Source: a virus
Virus record (IMG/VR): IMGVR_UViG_3300030329_001736
Coordinates: 36,093-100,092 of that record
Length of the DNA stretch: 64,000 bases
Direction: 5' to 3' (one strand)
Shown: piece after piece, positions 61,430 through 64,000 of the stretch
Layout of the letters: each line of letters opens with the position of its first letter
Position numbering within the stretch: position 1 is the first letter of the stretch
Position numbers and translations under genes: made by a program
Notes under the pieces: model-generated
Database searches by the model: none
What the model saw: the letters and a program-made list of their open reading frames with translations, nothing else
Told to the model about the DNA's origin: nothing

Positions 61430-64000
61430 TGGCTACACTAACAGGTAAAACTATTGCTAATACTTACAAAGACCTTCTTCAGGTCAGTAACAATAATAAT
61501 GGTTTGACAGGGACAGTTCAAACTATTTCTGATGGAGCAGGTACAAACTCTGCTCTACAACTTAGCAATGCTGCTGTTAATATCAATGGCACCTTTCAAT
61601 TAAATGGAGAATCCCTCACTGTTAATGCATCAGCTATTAATAACATGGCTGACATTGGAAGTGCCACAGGCATTATTGTAGTTAATAGTGGTAGTGTATA
61701 CGGAAGAACTTTAACTGCTGGCGCACCAGTTTCTATTACTAATGCTAATGGTACTGCAGGTAATCCAACAATTACTCTTGCTAGTATTGCTAATGTATCT
61801 GGTTCTTATGGACCTTTTACTAACTTTGGAGTTAATGACTACGGACAGATTGTAAGTGCTACGGCAGTAAGTACAAGTGTATCTGTTCCTACTATTAGAG
61901 CTACTGAATTAATTGCACAAACTCTAACTCTAAGTTCTAATGCTAGTATTGTTGGTAATGTTAATGTAGATGGAACTTTTATTGTAGATGGTATTGTAAG
62001 TGCAGCAAGTGATGTTGCTGTGGGTGGTTCTCTTTATGTAACAAGTAATATATCAGTAACAGGAAACACAAAAACAAACTTTCTTCAAGCAGTCAGTGCT
62101 AGTATAGGAAAGTTAAACGTAGGTACTCTAGCTTATGAGTTAGTATCTGTATCTGCACTTACAGCAAATACTCTAACTGTTGTTAGTGCTGCTACATTTA
62201 ATTCTGATGTAACTTTTACAGGTGCTTCTTACAATGCAGTTTGGGATAAATCAGACAATGCATTGGAATTTGGTGATAGTGCAAGATTAATCTTTGGAAC
62301 TGGTGCAGATTTAACAATTTACCATGATGGATCAAACAGTTACATTACTGAGTCGGGAGATGAAACAGGTTCGCTTAACATAAAGGGAACAAATCTATTT
62401 CTTCTTGATGCTGATAATGAATACAAAGTAGGTGCGGTATCAGGTGGTGCAGTAACATTGTATCACGATAATAGTGCAGCAAAACTTGCAACTACATCAA
62501 CTGGTATTAATGTAACAGGTAATGTATCGGCAACAGGTTTTTATGGTGATGGTGCAAATCTTACTAATATACCCGCTCCTTCTTCAGTATCTTCTTTTAC
62601 AATAAACCAACTAGCTGTTGTTAGTTCTGCTGCATTTTCTTGTAATGTAACAGCAACAGCTTTTTATGGTGATGGTTCAAACCTAACCAACTTACCGACT
62701 GCACCTGTTTCAGTATCTGCTTATACAGTAAATCAGCTAACTGTTGTTAGTGTTGCAGATTTTGCTGATAATGTTAAAGCTAAATTTGGCAATAGTGGCG
62801 ATTTAGAAATTTATGCTGCAAGTGGTGGAAGCTATATTAAAGATGTTGGTTCCGGTTCGTTTAATATAATGGGAACAAATTTATTTCTTCTTGATGCCGC
62901 TGGTGAATATAAAGTAGGTGCGGTATCAGGTGGCGCAGTAACATTATACCATGATAATTCAGCAGCAAAACTTGCAACCAAATCTGATGGTATAGATGTT
63001 ACAGGTGAACTTCAAGCAGATAGCCTTGATATTGACGGTAACTCACAATTAGATGGTACGTTAACTGTCGGTGTAGATGATACTGGTTATGACGTTAAGT
63101 TCTACGGTGATACAGCTAGTAGGTATTGGTTGTGGGACACATCAGCAGATGGTGTTGTTCAGAGAGGAACTTTAACTATTGGCGTAGATGACGCAGGACA
63201 TGACGTTAAATTTTTTGGAGATACCGCTAGTGCTTACATGCTTTGGGATGCTAGTCAAGATGACTTGATATTAGGTGGCGCAGCTAGATTGGGAATTGGT
63301 GTTACAAGCCCCCTCTTCCCATCAACGATTGCGGGTGCGGATGGTGCAACCAACATGATGTTGCAGTCAACAGCCGGTCTTTACAGGCTCGGCTTCTACA
63401 ACGACTCATCACAACAGCGTATCTCGACCTACAATACTACTGCCTTGACTTTTGCGATCACCGAATCTGAAAAAATGAGGTTGGACACTGGCGGTCGATT
63501 CTTAATTAACAAAAGCACAACTCAAACAGCGAACGCACCTTTACAAATCGCATCGGCACTTGGGACCGGACAAGTTTTCGTGGGGAATACAAGCGGCACC
63601 GGCTACATGTTTGGTCGTGATAACGTCACCACCGGCAATTTTGTACTTGGCGAGGTGTCTAACGATTCCGACACAAGTGTTACAAATTATCTAAACATTG
63701 CGACCGGCACCGGAAACGCTACGTTTATCGGCATGGTCGGCGTTGGTGTGGTGCCAACCGAAGAACTCCATATCAAGGCATCTGATCCCACGATCAGATT
63801 AGAAGATAGCGACACCGCCGGGCTCGGTTCCTTCATATCTGGTGAGTCCGGAAATTTACTCCTGCAATCTTACAACGCAAACCGAGACATCATCTTCGGA
63901 GAGAACGCTGCCGGTGGTGAGATCATGCGCGTCACTGGGCTGGGGTCCGTCGGGATTGGCACTTCGGCACCCGGCGCAGAACTTGAAATTGCTGGGGATT
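61429..64000 (+). CDS. Long tail fibre of the main genome (runs off the window; absent from ORF track)
   Basis: ATG overlaps the previous stop (TAATG); MATLTGKTIANTYKDLLQVS...; in frame with 4804-6090 through the terminal repeat; internal duplications 62386-62493/62871-62979 and 63070-63120/63181-63230. Confidence 0.85.
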   Translation, partial: MATLTGKTIANTYKDLLQVSNNNNGLTGTVQTISDGAGTNSALQLSNAAVNINGTFQLNGESLTVNASAINNMADIGSATGIIVVNSGSVYGRTLTAGAPVSITNANGTAGNPTITLASIANVSGSYGPFTNFGVNDYGQIVSATAVSTSVSVPTIRATELIAQTLTLSSNASIVGNVNVDGTFIVDGIVSAASDVAVGGSLYVTSNISVTGNTKTNFLQAVSASIGKLNVGTLAYELVSVSALTANTLTVVSAATFNSDVTFTGASYNAVWDKSDNALEFGDSARLIFGTGADLTIYHDGSNSYITESGDETGSLNIKGTNLFLLDADNEYKVGAVSGGAVTLYHDNSAAKLATTSTGINVTGNVSATGFYGDGANLTNIPAPSSVSSFTINQLAVVSSAAFSCNVTATAFYGDGSNLTNLPTAPVSVSAYTVNQLTVVSVADFADNVKAKFGNSGDLEIYAASGGSYIKDVGSGSFNIMGTNLFLLDAAGEYKVGAVSGGAVTLYHDNSAAKLATKSDGIDVTGELQADSLDIDGNSQLDGTLTVGVDDTGYDVKFYGDTASRYWLWDTSADGVVQRGTLTIGVDDAGHDVKFFGDTASAYMLWDASQDDLILGGAARLGIGVTSPLFPSTIAGADGATNMMLQSTAGLYRLGFYNDSSQQRISTYNTTALTFAITESEKMRLDTGGRFLINKSTTQTANAPLQIASALGTGQVFVGNTSGTGYMFGRDNVTTGNFVLGEVSNDSDTSVTNYLNIATGTGNATFIGMVGVGVVPTEELHIKASDPTIRLEDSDTAGLGSFISGESGNLLLQSYNANRDIIFGENAAGGEIMRVTGLGSVGIGTSAPGAELEIAGD
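63904..64000 (+). repeat. Exact direct repeat, copy 2 (copy 1 at 4804-4900)
   Basis: 97 nt identical up to the window edge. Confidence 0.97.

Noticed and set aside
1-64000. Stop-codon reassignment
   Set aside because: Conserved genes are full length under the standard code, all three stops are used, and there is no suppressor tRNA.
63904-64000. Repeat as the phage's physical direct terminal repeat
   Set aside because: It lies inside a fibre coding sequence; more likely an assembly overlap or shared module. Real termini are more plausibly near 47.0-47.5 kb.

Overview
This window is tailed-phage DNA and appears to come from two genomes. (A) ~4804-63903 looks like a complete, circularly permuted ~59.1 kb podovirus-type genome of a Gram-negative, probably marine/alphaproteobacterial host: bases 63904-64000 are identical, in frame, to 4804-4900 (offset exactly 59100). 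A leftward arm carries small early genes, DUF932, a gp88-like protein, tRNA-Arg(UCU), thyX, T7-like primase/helicase, an HNH endonuclease, family A DNA polymerase, SSB, exonuclease, endonuclease I, class II RNR, Hsp20, two glycosyltransferase genes, holin, spanins and TerS. A rightward arm carries TerL, portal, GroES, scaffold, capsid proteins, head-tail adaptors, tail fibre, adhesins and internal virion proteins. I recognise no RNA polymerase or integrase; several sigma70-type promoters are visible. (B) 1-~4803 is the end of a T7-like (autographivirus-like) internal virion protein gene plus a gp17-type tail fibre, joined to genome A through a shared tail-fibre module (assembly chimera or recent module exchange). 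Best leads: a recurrent x-x-x-GG-x-(V/I) motif at domain boundaries of several probable capsid-cargo proteins, including one with a pre-toxin-like N-terminus; a promoter, ~60-nt RNA and terminator in front of the glycosylation/lysis/TerS genes, with the RNA partly complementary to the nrdJ start; a ROSE-like RNA thermometer on hsp20; an unlisted metallothionein-like peptide; four TTTTAC-NN-GTAAAA operator-like palindromes; and a glycosyltransferase-methyltransferase-Maf-like triple fusion. All family assignments are from motif recognition by eye, not database searches.
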